A stretch of DNA of 64,000 bases from Octopus bimaculoides (Eukaryota), in the NCBI RefSeq assembly GCF_001194135.2, contig NC_068984.1, forward strand, positions 91,945,882 to 92,009,881, read 5' to 3'. Position 1 is the first letter of the stretch, and every line of letters begins with the position of its first letter. Under the pieces are notes generated by a model, which ran no database searches, was not told where the DNA came from, and saw only the letters and a list, made by a program, of their open reading frames with translations. Made by a program: the position numbers and the translations under genes. This document shows, piece by piece, positions 49,112-62,100 of the stretch.

Positions 49112-49300
49112 TTCTAAAGGCACAAAGCCTGAAAATTTGGGAGAGGGAACTAGTCGATTAAATCGGCCCCAGTGTTTCACCGGTACTTAATTTATCGACT
49201 CCGAAAAGCAAAGTCGACCTCGGTGAAATTTGAACTCAGAACGTAAAGACAGACGAAATACTGCTCAGCATTATGCCTCGCACAATAACGATTCCGCCTT
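49112..49300 (-). mobile_element. tRNA-derived SINE, family of 36958-37160
   Basis: ggcacaaagcctgaaaatttgg...gcaaagtcgacctcggtgaaatttgaactcagaacg. Confidence 0.9.
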
Positions 49301-49301
49301 G

Positions 49302-49351
<50 letters not shown>

Positions 49352-49371
49352 ACTAATAATAATAATAATTC

Positions 49372-49580
49372 GTTAAACTATAGGCACAAGGCTTGAAATT
49401 GTGGGGGAGGGGGCTAGTCGACCATATGAACCCAAGTGTTTCACTGGTACTTAATTTATTGACCCCAAAATGTTGAAAGGCAACGTCGACCTCGGCGGAA
49501 TTTTACCTCGAACGTAAAGGTGAACGAAATGCCGTCTAGCACTTCTTTCGGCGTGCTAACGATTCTGCCAGCCCGCAACC
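49372..49580 (-). mobile_element. tRNA-derived SINE, family of 36958-37160
   Basis: taggcacaaggcttgaaatt...gtcgacctcggcggaatttt...gcgtgctaacgattctgccagc. Confidence 0.9.
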
Positions 49581-49591
49581 TTATGATGATC

Positions 49592-49674
<83 letters not shown>

Positions 49675-49675
49675 A

Positions 49676-49725
<50 letters not shown>

Positions 49726-49829
49726 CTACAACTGCTAGATTGTTATTAGCGCAGGAACGGAGCAGTGGTAGCTTATTTGATGAGAGATAAATAGATGATC
49801 TGAAAGAAGACGATAAAACTAATGGTGAC

Positions 49830-52228
49830 ATGACAGATGAACAAAAGGAAATCTACGGCAGAATAAAGGCAAGACTACAAGAGAACGATAGCGATATTAT
49901 TTGCAACCTTAAAAAGGTTGATCGGTGGAAATTGAACCAAGAAAAGGAAAAGGTCAATGAAATTCTGAAATACATCACAGAAACAAATAATTTGATCAAG
50001 GCAACAAGTATTGTTGTAGCAGAAAACGTGTGTGTTGATGTCAAGAAAAAGAAATATAATGAAAGTGACAGAAGAAAGATCCATGGTGGAAAAGAAGAAT
50101 ACAGGCATGGTTAGATATGTTCTCGAAGGAAATTTCTGTCTTAGACCGAAAAGAGAAAGGAGAGCTTAAAAGCGAACAAAAATGCAGGGTACTGAAAAGG
50201 AAGTATAACATTGAAAGAAAGGGCCTGAAAGTGGTAATGGAGGAAATAAAACAGCACCTCGTTACAAAGAAAGCAGAGAGGGTAAGATACGACCAAAAAA
50301 ATGAGAGGTTACCAACAGAATGGGTTATTCCGAGTAGATCAAAAGAGATTCTACAAAGAAATAAATGGAGAGTGTACAGATGAAAAGTTGATACCAGATA
50401 GCAATGAAAGTCAAATGCTTTGGAGTGACATATGGAGCAAAGACAATGAGCACAAAAAGGATGCTGAATGGTTGCAAGAACTGAAACAAACAGTAGTCTG
50501 TCCAAAACAGGCAAAAGTAGTTATTTCAGTTAGGGAAGTGAAGGAAATTAGCAAAAAATGGGCAACTGGAAGGCCACGGGACCAGATGGTGTTGAAGGCT
50601 ACTGGATCAAAAGATTTGGTGAATGTCATTCAAGAATAGCTGCGCATCTCAACACCTTGTTAAATGCCGACCAAGTAACTCTAGAGTGGTTGACATTTGG
50701 TAGGGCAGTGCTGTGCTTGAGAAACATCGAAAAAGGCAATACGGTAGACAATTACAGGCCGATATCCTTTTTGCCACTTATGTGGAAGTTATTGACTGGA
50801 ATAATCACAGAGTCAACGTACGAAAATCTGGAGAAAAATGGAGTCCTGCCACATGAGCAGAAGGGATACAAGCGTAAGTGCAGAGGTACAAAGGATCAAC
50901 TTCTGATAGACAAAACTGTACTTAGAGATTATTGTAAGGTGTACGATATGATCCCACATTCTTGATATTGAATCGAATGTTGAGGGATTGCTTGGAAAAA
51001 GTATGGCGAATTGGAGGACGGATCTGACAGCATACGGAAGAAGTTTAAGGACAATAGAAATCAAGAGGGGCATTTTCCCCACTGATCTTTGTACTGTGCT
51101 ACTAATACTGATTCCGCTAACACTGATTCTGAGGAACGCAAAAGCTGGTTATGTATTCAAAAGCCATCAACAAAAAGTCAACCATTTGTTATTCATGGAT
51201 GACCTCAATCTTTATGGTAGAGATGAATCCCTCGCTGATACGGTGTATACTTTCAGTGCTGATATCAGAATGGAGTTCGGACTGAGAAAGTGTGGTGTGT
51301 TAGTCTTGAAGAGAGGCAAAATTAAATGTATGGACGAGCTAATGATACCATCGGGGGAGGTTATGAAGCAGATAGAAGAGACGGGCTATAAGTACTTGGG
51401 GATTTTGAAAATGGATAAAATGATGGAGAAAGAAATGTCAGAAAAATTTAAGGTGGTGTACTTGCGCAGACTGAGACTGATCCTTAAGTCTAAATTAAAC
51501 GGACGGAATAAGATTGAAGCTATCAACACCTGGGCGTTTCACTCCTTAGATATGGAGCAGGGGTAATCGCATGGACAGTAGACGAACTAAACAACTTAGA
51601 CAGAAAGACAAAGAAATTGCTAACTAGATATGGGACACTCCACCCAAAAAGTGACACAGACAAACTGTATGTACCAAGAAAAAGAGGGGAAAGAGGACTT
51701 ATTGGATGCGAACACAGCATTAGAGCAGAAAAAAAACGACATAGCATGGTATGTAAAAAGTACCACAGAACCACTATTATTAGAAGTAAGAAAGTCAGGC
51801 TTGTGTAGGATGAAAGATTTCAAAAATAAAGCACTGTAGAAGCAATTGAAAGCGAATGAAACTGAAAATAGGTGGGTAAAGAAAAGAATGCATGGTCAAT
51901 TTCATAGAGATATTGAAGATCAGACAGACAGAAAAAAAAAAGATGGTTGTGGATGACTAAAAGTGATTTAAAACCGGAAACGGAGGCTCTAATCTGTGCT
52001 GCCCAAGAGCAAGCAGTAAGAACGAATTACATAAAATACAGAATAGACAATACATCAGAAAGGAATAACTGCAGAATTTGTGGATAAAATGGTGAAACCA
52101 TATGGCGTATTACGAGTAAATGTACGCCACTAGCCCAGAAGGAATATAAGAGACGCCACGACAATATAGCAAGGATTGTCCATTGGACACTTTGCAACAA
52201 GTATGGACTTGAGAGAACAAAAATTAGT
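49830..52228 (+). mobile_element. R4/Dong-like LINE with pre-RT region, RT and CCHC finger; frameshifted and 3'-truncated
   Basis: [82 protein letters not shown]. Confidence 0.95.
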
Positions 52229-52266
52229 ACGTCCAGCGTGCTAACAATTGTGCCAGCCTACCGCCA
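52228..52266 (-). mobile_element. SINE head fragment capping the truncated LINE
   Basis: Reverse complement ggcggtaggctggcacaattgttagcacgctggac matches the head of the 36958 family. Confidence 0.65.
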
Positions 52267-52272
52267 ATAATG

Positions 52273-52322
<50 letters not shown>

Positions 52323-55300
52323 TATTATAATAATAATAAAAATAATATTAATAATAATAATAATAATTTCAAATTCCATTAATTTTTACGTATTATAAAA
52401 ACATAATTTATTGAATGAAAATTTAAAAAAATACCCGTATAGTTTTGTAAAAAAAATTAAAAAGTGATTTTGTTGTTATGGCTGTTTGGAACGCTATAAG
52501 CCTTACAATAGTAACTATCCAGACCGATTTTGGCCATTTTCATTTTTAACTTAAAAACCATGGGAGGAGCCTTTTCGGTAAAAACAAACAAACAAAAAAA
52601 CAAAACAAAACAAATTGTAAACATTCCTAGAGGAAAAGGTGAACAATTCAAGGGAGGTTTCGTTGTTGTCTCTAACACAACCCAAACCACCCTCCCTTTG
52701 GTCTCTCACGTGTATTGCTGTTTATTCAATATTTTTCTCTCATTAAACACATTTTATGGAATGATGATGCCGAAATAACAAACGCGTGGTCTATTGGTGT
52801 AAGAAAAAATAACAAAATNNNNNNNNNNNNNNNNNNNNNNNNNNNNNNNNNNNNNNNNNNNNNNNNNNNNNNNNNNNNNNNNNNNNNNNNNNNNNNNNNN
52901 NNNNNNNNNNNNNNNNNNNNNNNNNNNNNNNNNNNNNNNNNNNNNNNNNNNNNNNNNNNNNNNNNNNNNNNNNNNNNNNNNNNNNNNNNNNNNNNNNNNN
53001 NNNNNNNNNNNNNNNNNNNNNNNNNNNNNNNNNNNNNNNNNNNNNNNNNNNNNNNNNNNNNNNNNNNNNNNNNNNNNNNNNNNNNNNNNNNNNNNNNNNN
53101 NNNNNNNNNNNNNNNNNNNNNNNNNNNNNNNNNNNNNNNNNNNNNNNNNNNNNNNNNNNNNNNNNNNNNNNNNNNNNNNNNNNNNNNNNNNNNNNNNNNN
53201 NNNNNNNNNNNNNNNNNNNNNNNNNNNNNNNNNNNNNNNNNNNNNNNNNNNNNNNNNNNNNNNNNNNNNNNNNNNNNNNNNNNNNNNNNNNNNNNNNNNN
53301 NNNNNNNNNNNNNNNNNNNNNNNNNNNNNNNNNNNNNNNNNNNNNNNNNNNNNNNNNNNNNNNNNNNNNNNNNNNNNNNNNNNNNNNNNNNNNNNNNNNN
53401 NNNNNNNNNNNNNNNNNNNNNNNNNNNNNNNNNNNNNNNNNNNNNNNNNNNNNNNNNNNNNNNNNNNNNNNNNNNNNNNNNNNNNNNNNNNNNNNNNNNN
53501 NNNNNNNNNNNNNNNNNNNNNNNNNNNNNNNNNNNNNNNNNNNNNNNNNNNNNNNNNNNNNNNNNNNNNNNNNNNNNNNNNNNNNNNNNNNNNNNNNNNN
53601 NNNNNNNNNNNNNNNNNNNNNNNNNNNNNNNNNNNNNNNNNNNNNNNNNNNNNNNNNNNNNNNNNNNNNNNNNNNNNNNNNNNNNNNNNNNNNNNNNNNN
53701 NNNNNNNNNNNNNNNNNNNNNNNNNNNNNNNNNNNNNNNNNNNNNNNNNNNNNNNNNNNNNNNNNNNNACTCCGTTTGAAAGAGATTTGTATAAATTTTC
53801 ATTAGAAGATACCCATTTACCTGAAAGTTATGAAGGAAAAAAGTCAGATCATGTGAATTTTCCAAAACTCCTCTCTCCACCCCCTCGGAAAAATTATTTC
53901 CCTTAGATCCCTATATACTCTGAAGCCACAACATCTAAGCAGTATTTGTAGAAAATTTTATTAAAAAGTATCCATTTTTCTGGATGTTATGAGGCAACAA
54001 AATCGGGGCGTATACATCTGTAGTAATGCTCTTTTATTTATACGATTTTTTCATTTCATGTTTATTTCATTCATTGTTTGCAATGTTCTCTCTCCCCCAC
54101 TCTCTCTCACACACACACTGCAAAGCTTACAAATGGGCTGCTGAATTGCAATCTCTATGTTGCTTTGAGAAGGTAAAACTTAATAAATTGCTTCTCCTTC
54201 TGATGTTGGATTACCGTGGTGTTTGTTTAAAAGTGAGAGATTATGACTGCGATAAAATAATGAAAGCAATATTTACCAAGTGAGCACTATTATATAAAGA
54301 AATAATTAGGCGTAAAATATAAAAATTATTAGAATTGGGAATCAAATGGGAAAATATTATCAAGGGGCTAGCAGAAAACCGCCCAGAGGGTGATCTTTCT
54401 ACTAGTATTACCTATGTACGTACGCACGTACGTACCTACCTACCTACCTACATACATACATACATACGTAAATATGTACGTAGTTACATATGAAATACGG
54501 ATAGACAAGCACACACACATACATAAGGAGACGGAAACATATGACCATATATACACACACATTCCACGCACACCATACACACAAAAAGGCATATAGGCAC
54601 ACACGTGTGTTTGTGTGTGCGTTGCTATGTGTACCAAGTTCGATTTTTGTAGTGGGCGGATAGCTCGGGGCCAAGTCTTGGATGGATTTTAAAATTGATG
54701 CCGACATCATTTGTGAAAATTGATGGAATATTTTCCACATCACACAAATGATGTAGCGTTCCCGGCGGCGTTGGATATATATATATATATATATATATAN
54801 NNNNNNNNNNNNNNNNNNNNNNNNNNNNNNNNNNNNNNNNNNNNNNNNNNNNNNNNNNNNNNNNNNNNNNNNNNNNNNNNNNNNNNNNNNNNNNNNNNNN
54901 NNNNNNNNNNNNNNNNNNNNNNNNNNNNNNNNNNNNNNNNNNNNNNNNNNNNNNNNNNNNNNNNNNNNNNNNNNNNNNNNNNNNNNNNNNNNNNNNNNNN
55001 NNNNNNNNNNNNNNNNNNNNNNNNNNNNNNNNNNNNNNNNNNNNNNNNNNNNNNNNNNNNNNNNNNNNNNNNNNNNNNNNNNNNNNNNNNNNNNNNNNNN
55101 NNNNNNNNNNNNNNNNNNNNNNNNNNNNNNNNNNNNNNNNNNNNNNNNNNNNNNNNNNNNNNNNNNNNNNNNNNNNNNNNNNNNNNNNNNNNNNNNNNNN
55201 NNNNNNATATATATAAAGTAAAATAGTCAAGAGGCAGAGTAAGAACGGTTAGGCAGCTTTTTAATAATTACTACAAATGCTTCGATACATACAGATCCAC

Positions 55301-55678
55301 GAATATACAGGATTTAAAGTTAATTCTAAATTAAATTATGTAACGATTTACCTGCATAAGGACATCCATGTGTATCTCATCATGCGATATTTAATTGCTG
55401 TCTCCGTAAGTAAATCTAGATTTCCATGCTACAACATCCATAGCTCCTTTGAAACTAACAAACGCTGACGGTTTCAATTCGCTCGGTATGAGTGTGTTAT
55501 CATGTTCGACATGAGCGGCAATGTGCACATTGTCTATTTATTTAGTTTCAACATGTTATTGGGCATATGTCAAACTGTATAATTACGTAAAATACAGTCA
55601 TCCATTAGCTCATACTTATACAGTCACTTACACACCGGTATACCATACATACACACATACACACACACCTCAACTGAC

Positions 55679-55734
<56 letters not shown>

Positions 55735-56498
55735 ATGAATGAAGGTATCTGAAAATGAAGTTCACGAGAATCTTTATTCATCACAAAAATCGTTTTGACC
55801 CATCAGTCCCTTGCGGGTGGGATACTGTACAACTGGTCGTGTTGCACCCTTCGGTGTAGATGTATATTGTCAGGTGTCTTGTTTTAGAGAAGATACCTCG
55901 TTCAATATACTCAATTCACTCAGTTTCACTTGGATCGATTATACAGTATGTTATTGCGAGTAGGTTGTTGGCAATAAAGACAGTGGACGGATACAATTTT
56001 CGGGCTCACTGTGGTTCATAGTGAATACATGACAGATTGAAATAACAAAAAAAAAAAATAAAGAAAAAAGGCTAAAATATAAAAATTAATAGATAAAATG
56101 TAGATACAAACTGATATAGACGGACACTCCCCCCCCCNNNNNNNNNNCCCCCCCCCGCATTGGTCACGTAGATATTCATACCCACGCTCATGCTGTTAAG
56201 AATGTGTTGCATACGGTTATAAATAACTAAGATGTTCTTATCAGAAGCAGAAAGACAAAGGGTATCAGCTGCCCTTTAGTGCGGCCAGTTTACAGTCGGT
56301 TACAGATGACTGGGCCGGAGTGTCAGGCGACGGTTTGATGTACTTATACAAACTGCCCAGTCATCATGCTCGTATTGTTATATACTTTTATGCGTGTGTG
56401 TATATGTGTATGTATATACACACGCTTACACACACACACACACACACACACGCATGTGTGCCAGTACACATATCTATACATATACATATACACGCACA

Positions 56499-56541
<43 letters not shown>

Positions 56542-57149
56542 ATATATGTAGGTATATTGACACATTCACAGATATATCCAAATATCTGTTCCTCCGCGCA
56601 CACCATACATACATATCTATATCTCCGTACATACACACGTTAATACTTGTTCACAAAGGCACATATTTGTGCTACTCAGACTCCCATACAGTTAAGTCAG
56701 ACACACAGACACTCTCCCAGGTTACACAGATAATTCAACATTAATTTCAGTAAATATTGTTCGAATCAAATAGTTAGTTAGTTCGTATAGCTTGGCTAAA
56801 CAGTTTGTAATTGTATGGTCCGTCTATACTAGTTAATGGAATACATCAGTCTATGATTTATAACATATAACATATGCCGTATAACATATATATCACATAA
56901 AATATACTATAGCCTTAGTGGCTCGAATCCAATGTTACTGTGCGTACCTTGGTATATTTTCGTCACTCCGAAAGTAATATTCTGGGACAAACACACGTAT
57001 ATGAAGGACACTGCAGGATGTTTCATTTGTGTGTGGAGGGAAAATTTTGGTTATCTAACTGTTAATTTAGGTTATCTGTCACTGATAATCAGATCTGTAA
57101 TCATGATATATAGTTTCTATTGTATTGTGAAAATGTATGTCTGTTTGTA

Positions 57150-57455
57150 TGCAAGCAACTTATCAATTGTTTATAATCTTATCTTTGGTCAACAATATGA
57201 ATAACGATTCCATGGATCATAGTTGGCACTTCTTGGAAAGGGTATTATGTAGGTTTGCTTGCCTTGTTATTGACCAATTCAAGTCATATTCTATGTTCTC
57301 GTCTTTCAATTTCTAAACGAAGCTTACCAGTGATGTCGAATGTCACTTGTTGATTCTGTTGAAGCTGGTGATGTGGTTTCGATAGCGATTCTTGAAAATA
57401 TCTTCTGATGCGCCTATGTACACATACGGGTCTCCTCTGGTGTTCACGGTACATT
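57150..57455 (-). mobile_element. Penelope-like element GIY-YIG endonuclease fragment
   Basis: Minus strand YVYIGASEDIFKNRYRNHITSFN..HSTSL..LKDENIEYDLNWSI...KKCQL. Confidence 0.8.
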
Positions 57456-60345
57456 TGCATGATCAAGTTCAGCTTTCTGAAGGATCTCTTGCAACCAGCA
57501 ATGGAAACAGCTACTGTCAGCAGAATCTGTATCGCGACGCGAAGTTTAGGGAACACACTTTCATCTCCATATTGGACGATAAATTGGAGAAACTTCTCAG
57601 GATTTGATATTTGGAGGTGTTCGCGACCTGCAAGTAGCATTCTGCAATCAAGGANNNNNNNNNNNNNNNNNNNNNNNNNNNNNNNNNNNNNNNNNNNNNN
57701 NNNNNNNNNNNNNNNNNNNNNNNNNNNNNNNNNNNNNNNNNNNNNNNNNNNNNNNNNNNNNNNNNNNNNNNNNNNNNNNNNNNNNNNNNNNNNNNNNNNN
57801 NNNNNNNNNNNNNNNNNNNNNNNNNNNNNNNNNNNNNNNNNNNNNNNNNNNNNNNNNNNNNNNNNNNNNNNNNNNNNNNNNNNNNNNNNNNNNNNNNNNN
57901 NNNNNNNNNNNNNNNNNNNNNNNNNNNNNNNNNNNNNNNNNNNNNNNNNNNNNNNNNNNNNNNNNNNNNNNNNNNNNNNNNNNNNNNNNNNNNNNNNNNN
58001 NNNNNNNNNNNNNNNNNNNNNNNNNNNNNNNNNNNNNNNNNNNNNNNNNNNNNNNNNNNNNNNNNNNNNNNNNNNNNNNNNNNNNNNNNNNNNNNNNNNN
58101 NNNNNNNNNNNNNNNNNNNNNNNNNNNNNNNNNNNNNNNNNNNNNNNNNNNNNNNNNNNNNNNNNNNNNNNNNNNNNNNNNNNNNNNNNNNNNNNNNNNN
58201 NNNNNNNNNNNNNNNNNNNNNNNNNNNNNNNNNNNNNNNNNNNNNNNNNNNNNNNNNNNNNNNNNNNNNNNNNNNNNNNNNNNNNNNNNNNNNNNNNNNN
58301 NNNNNNNNNNNNNNNNNNNNNNNNNNNNNNNNNNNNNNNNNNNNNNNNNNNNNNNNNNNNNNNNNNNNNNNNNNNNNNNNNNNNNNNNNNNNNNNNNNNN
58401 NNNNNNNNNNNNNNNNNNNNNNNNNNNNNNNNNNNNNNNNNNNNNNNNNNNNNNNNNNNNNNNNNNNNNNNNNNNTGCATGATCAAGTTCAGCTTTCTGA
58501 AGGATCTCTTGCAACCAGCAATGGAAACAGCTACTGTCAGCAGAATCTGTATCGCGACGCGAAGTTTAGGGAACACACTTTCATCTCCATATTGGACGAT
58601 AAATTGGAGAAACTTCTCAGGATTTGATATTTGGAGGTGTTCGCGACCTGCAAGTAGCATTCTGCAATCAAGGATTTCTTCGAAAATTTCAGTTGCATCG
58701 ATATCGTTGCTGTAGACGTTTCCAAGGGTATTGCAACGTGTCCGAAGATCCGCAAAATAACCATTACACAGAAATTGGACATCGATAAGGAAGCCAAATT
58801 TGGCGTCAAGATCGTGCAGCCGGGAAAACCTCGCGCTCATTTCTTTAAGAAGACGGTCGATGACCCCCATTCATTGTTTTCCGCATGTTATTTTTTGCTG
58901 TTAGGCTCAGCGTTGATGGAAACATCGTGAATGACACGTTGAGATCTTCGACATGGCTTGACGTCAACTTGCCACCTTCTATAAATGCTCAGTCCTTCTT
59001 CAAGTGAATCAGCCACTAAAACTTCTCTGGAAGCGATAAAATAGTCGCAGAGACCTTTCAAGTCGAGAGATACATCATGGAAATTCATTGTCGGATTCTG
59101 AAGCCTCTTTTGAACACGATGGATCTGTGTGAAGACGCTATTCCAGAAACCAAGCAATGCGAATAATTCGTGATAATACGGTTAAACAGCAAGTTAGCGT
59201 CGTTCCGTTCTCAGTTGCCTCGTTTTCATCGTCGACGATGTCTTGAAGAACTTGTAGAATTACATCGAGGTAGTTTATTACGTTTTTAATTGCATCCATT
59301 CGAGCACTCAATCTCGTTTCAGATTGCGACTTAAGAACCACAGGCATTATGGCCTTCAGTTTTTCCCCAGGAGTGTGTCGAACGAGAAAAGAATACGTAG
59401 AGTGTTTCAATTGCGCCAAAAAATGCAGACATCACCAACTTGTGTTTAGCTGCGTGTAGGCCAACTAAGTTTAACGAATGGTTGTCACAGTTTACGAATA
59501 GGGCCAATTTGTTCTTTTCGTTGATTCTCTGCTGGACCCCGCTTCTGTGCTCAGCCATCACAGCTGCAGTATCATAGCACTGGGACCTACAATCTTCCAA
59601 TGCCATTTCGTCATCGGCCAACTGCTTCAAAATTACATCAACTAAACTCTCTGCATCCTTTTCGTCCACCTGAATGAACCCGAGGAAGGTTTCTGTCACC
59701 CGAATGCGCTTTCTTTCGAAGTCAACTTCAACATACCTTACTACCTGTGAAATCTGTTCACGATGTGCTCTATCAGGGGTTGTGTCGAACATGAAACCAT
59801 AATACTTGGTTCTGCGAATGCCCTTTAGTAGATTCTGACGGACGGCTGATGCTATGAGGTAAATAAATTCATTCTGAACATCGAGTGAAAGGTAAGATGT
59901 CGATCCAGGGTGACTCTCTATATAACAAAGGTGTTCTTTCATGGCAGGATCAAAGGTGACCAAAAGCTTGAGAAAATCCAGAAATTACCATCATTTGAGT
60001 CTTCAGTCAACTGAAGTGACTCCCTATGACCTCGCAAAGCCAAATTCTGAGTTGCAAGAAACTTAATGCAATGTAGAATTCTCGTCAAAACATCAAGCCA
60101 TCTTCGCTTTTCATGGTCGATTTGTGACTTGAGAGCAGCGTTTATGAAACACTTGTTATCTGTTAGATTTCTTTTTACTCAATGATTCTTAGCGTTTTCA
60201 TGAACCAACATTCGTTCAGGCGCTTTCCACTGGTAAAATCCGCTTTCCTGCTCTAATGATTGATAATCTGATCGGGAAAAAAGTAGACAACACAAACAGA
60301 ATGCAGACTTCTTATTAGGGGAATAGAGTAGTCATGAGCAAAGAA
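57456..60345 (-). mobile_element. Decayed hAT transposase, ZMYM1/Tip100-like
   Basis: AFCLCCLLF (TTF-like finger), NLALRGHRE..GNF, YGFMFDTTPDRAHREQIS, SQCYD, FVNCDNHSLNL, SETRLSAR, FPKLRVAIQILLTVAVSIAGCKRSFRKL (hATC). Confidence 0.93.
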
Positions 60346-60349
60346 TTGA

Positions 60350-61310
60350 CTGGTAATATGCCATACGGTTTCACCATTCTGTCCATAAATGCAGCACTTA
60401 TCACTTCCTGATGTGTTGTCTATTCTGCATTTGATGCAATGCGTTCTAAATGCTTACTCTTGAGCAGCATAAATTAGAGTCTCCGTATGAGGTTTTTAAT
60501 AAATTTTAGTCATCCATAGCAATCTTTTTTCTCTGTCTGACTTATATTCAACATCCCTATGAAGTTGTCCATGCACTCTTTTCTTTATTCACCTATTTTC
60601 AGTTTCATTCATTCTCAAGTCCTTGTACAGTGCTTTATCTTTGCAATCTTTCATCCTACACAAGCCTGACCTTACTTCCAATAATAGTGGTTCTGTGGCA
60701 TTTTTCACATACATGCTATGTTGTTTTCTCTTCCTCTGATGCTGTGTTCGCATCCAATAAGTCCTCTTCCTCCTCTTTTTCTTGGTACATACAGTCTGTC
60801 TGTGTCACATTTTGGGTGGAGTATCCCATATCTAGTCAGCAACTTTCCTTGTCTTTCTGTCTAAGCTGTTTAGCTCGTCTACTGTCCATGCTATTACCCC
60901 TGCTCCATATGTAGGTAGTGAAACCGCATAGGTGTTGATAGCTTCAATCTTATTCCTTCCGTTTAATTTCAACTTGAGAATCAGTGTCCGTCTGTGCAAG
61001 TACTCCACCTTAAATTTTTCTGACATTTCTTTCTCCATCAATTTATGCATTTCCAAAATCCCCAAGTACTTATAGCCCGTCACTTCTGTCTGCTTCATAA
61101 CCTATCCCGACGGAATCGCTGACCCGTCCATACATTTGATTTTGCCTCTCTTCAAGACTAACACACCACACTTCTTCAGTCCGAATTCCATTCTGATATC
61201 AGCACTGAATGTATGCACCATATCAATGAGGGAACTGACTTGGGATTCATCTTTACCATAAAGTTTGAGGTCATCCATGAATTGTTGATTGAATAAACAA
61301 CTCATCGTGC
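60350..61310 (-). mobile_element. R4/Dong-like LINE fragment closely related to 51170-52130
   Basis: FMDDLKLYGKDE, FSADIRMEFGLKKCGVLVLKRG, YKYLGILE, LNGRNKIEAINT; long near-identical stretches to the + strand copy. Confidence 0.92.
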
Positions 61311-61319
61311 AACATATAG

Positions 61320-62100
61320 TCCATGGAAGCCTCATAGCCAGAAATGCGATATCCTGTGTTGCTGAGAATAGGATGGTGGTGTGTTCATCACTCAGAAAGT
61401 GGATGCAGTACAATGAACAAATAGGTACCATGCAACATAGTACTGGAAAGAAGTTAGATAGTGTTATAATAATGAAACCAGTGGTACCTGCCCTAGATGT
61501 AGAAGTAGACTGGAATAATATACAAAGAGATTGTGACAAAGCAAACAAGGTGAACACGTGGTACAAAACCGACAAATATCAAGGAGTGATGTTTGTAGAT
61601 GTTACAGCCGCCCACTGACAACTAGCCCGTAGATTCTGGAAAGCTCTGAAGGAGGCTAAATTCAACATTAAGATCGTTGAAAAGCCAAACAGCTTCATCA
61701 GATCACAACTATATAGGACGTACCCCTTTGAGAATACCACATGCACCAATGATAACTGCATGATATGTAAGACTGACCCTGGCATTAACTGTAGAACTAG
61801 GAATGTAGTCTACAGCATAAGGTATATAGAGGGTATTTATAAAGACAAGAAAATATTATACATAGGTGAGTCATCTGGAAGCATTGCGTTGAGACTAAAT
61901 GTACATTTGAGACAATATGATGAAAAAAAAACAGTCCTCCATACTCTACCAACATGTCAAAGACCAACATGGAGACATACTGAATAAACTTGACATCCGC
62001 ATTTTATCCAAGCACCCGAAGGACCCAACATTTAGACAAATACAAGAGTACATCCTCCTTAATGAAAGATCCCCAGTACTAAATAGGAAATATACATAGG
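61320..62100 (+). mobile_element. Penelope-like element C-terminus: Cys-rich motif and GIY-YIG endonuclease
   Basis: WYKTDKYQGVMFV, CTNDNCMIC..NC, VVYSI..YIGESS..RL..H, HVKDQH, DPTFRQIQE, PVLNRK; contains stops and a frameshift. Confidence 0.82.

Noticed and set aside
48580-49740. Repeat-spacer appearance suggesting a CRISPR-like array
   Set aside because: The repeats are about 200-bp SINE copies separated by (AAT)n in eukaryotic DNA; there are no 23-50 bp direct repeats with unique spacers and no cas genes.
56252-56285. AGCTGCC seed resembling the miR-22/745/980 family
   Set aside because: Only the seed-length match is present; the rest does not fit the mature sequences I recall, and no supporting hairpin surrounds it.
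57284-58870. 528-aa minus-strand ORF with a duplicated hAT C-terminus
   Set aside because: It spans an 821-N gap with duplicated flanks and runs out of frame into a Penelope fragment.
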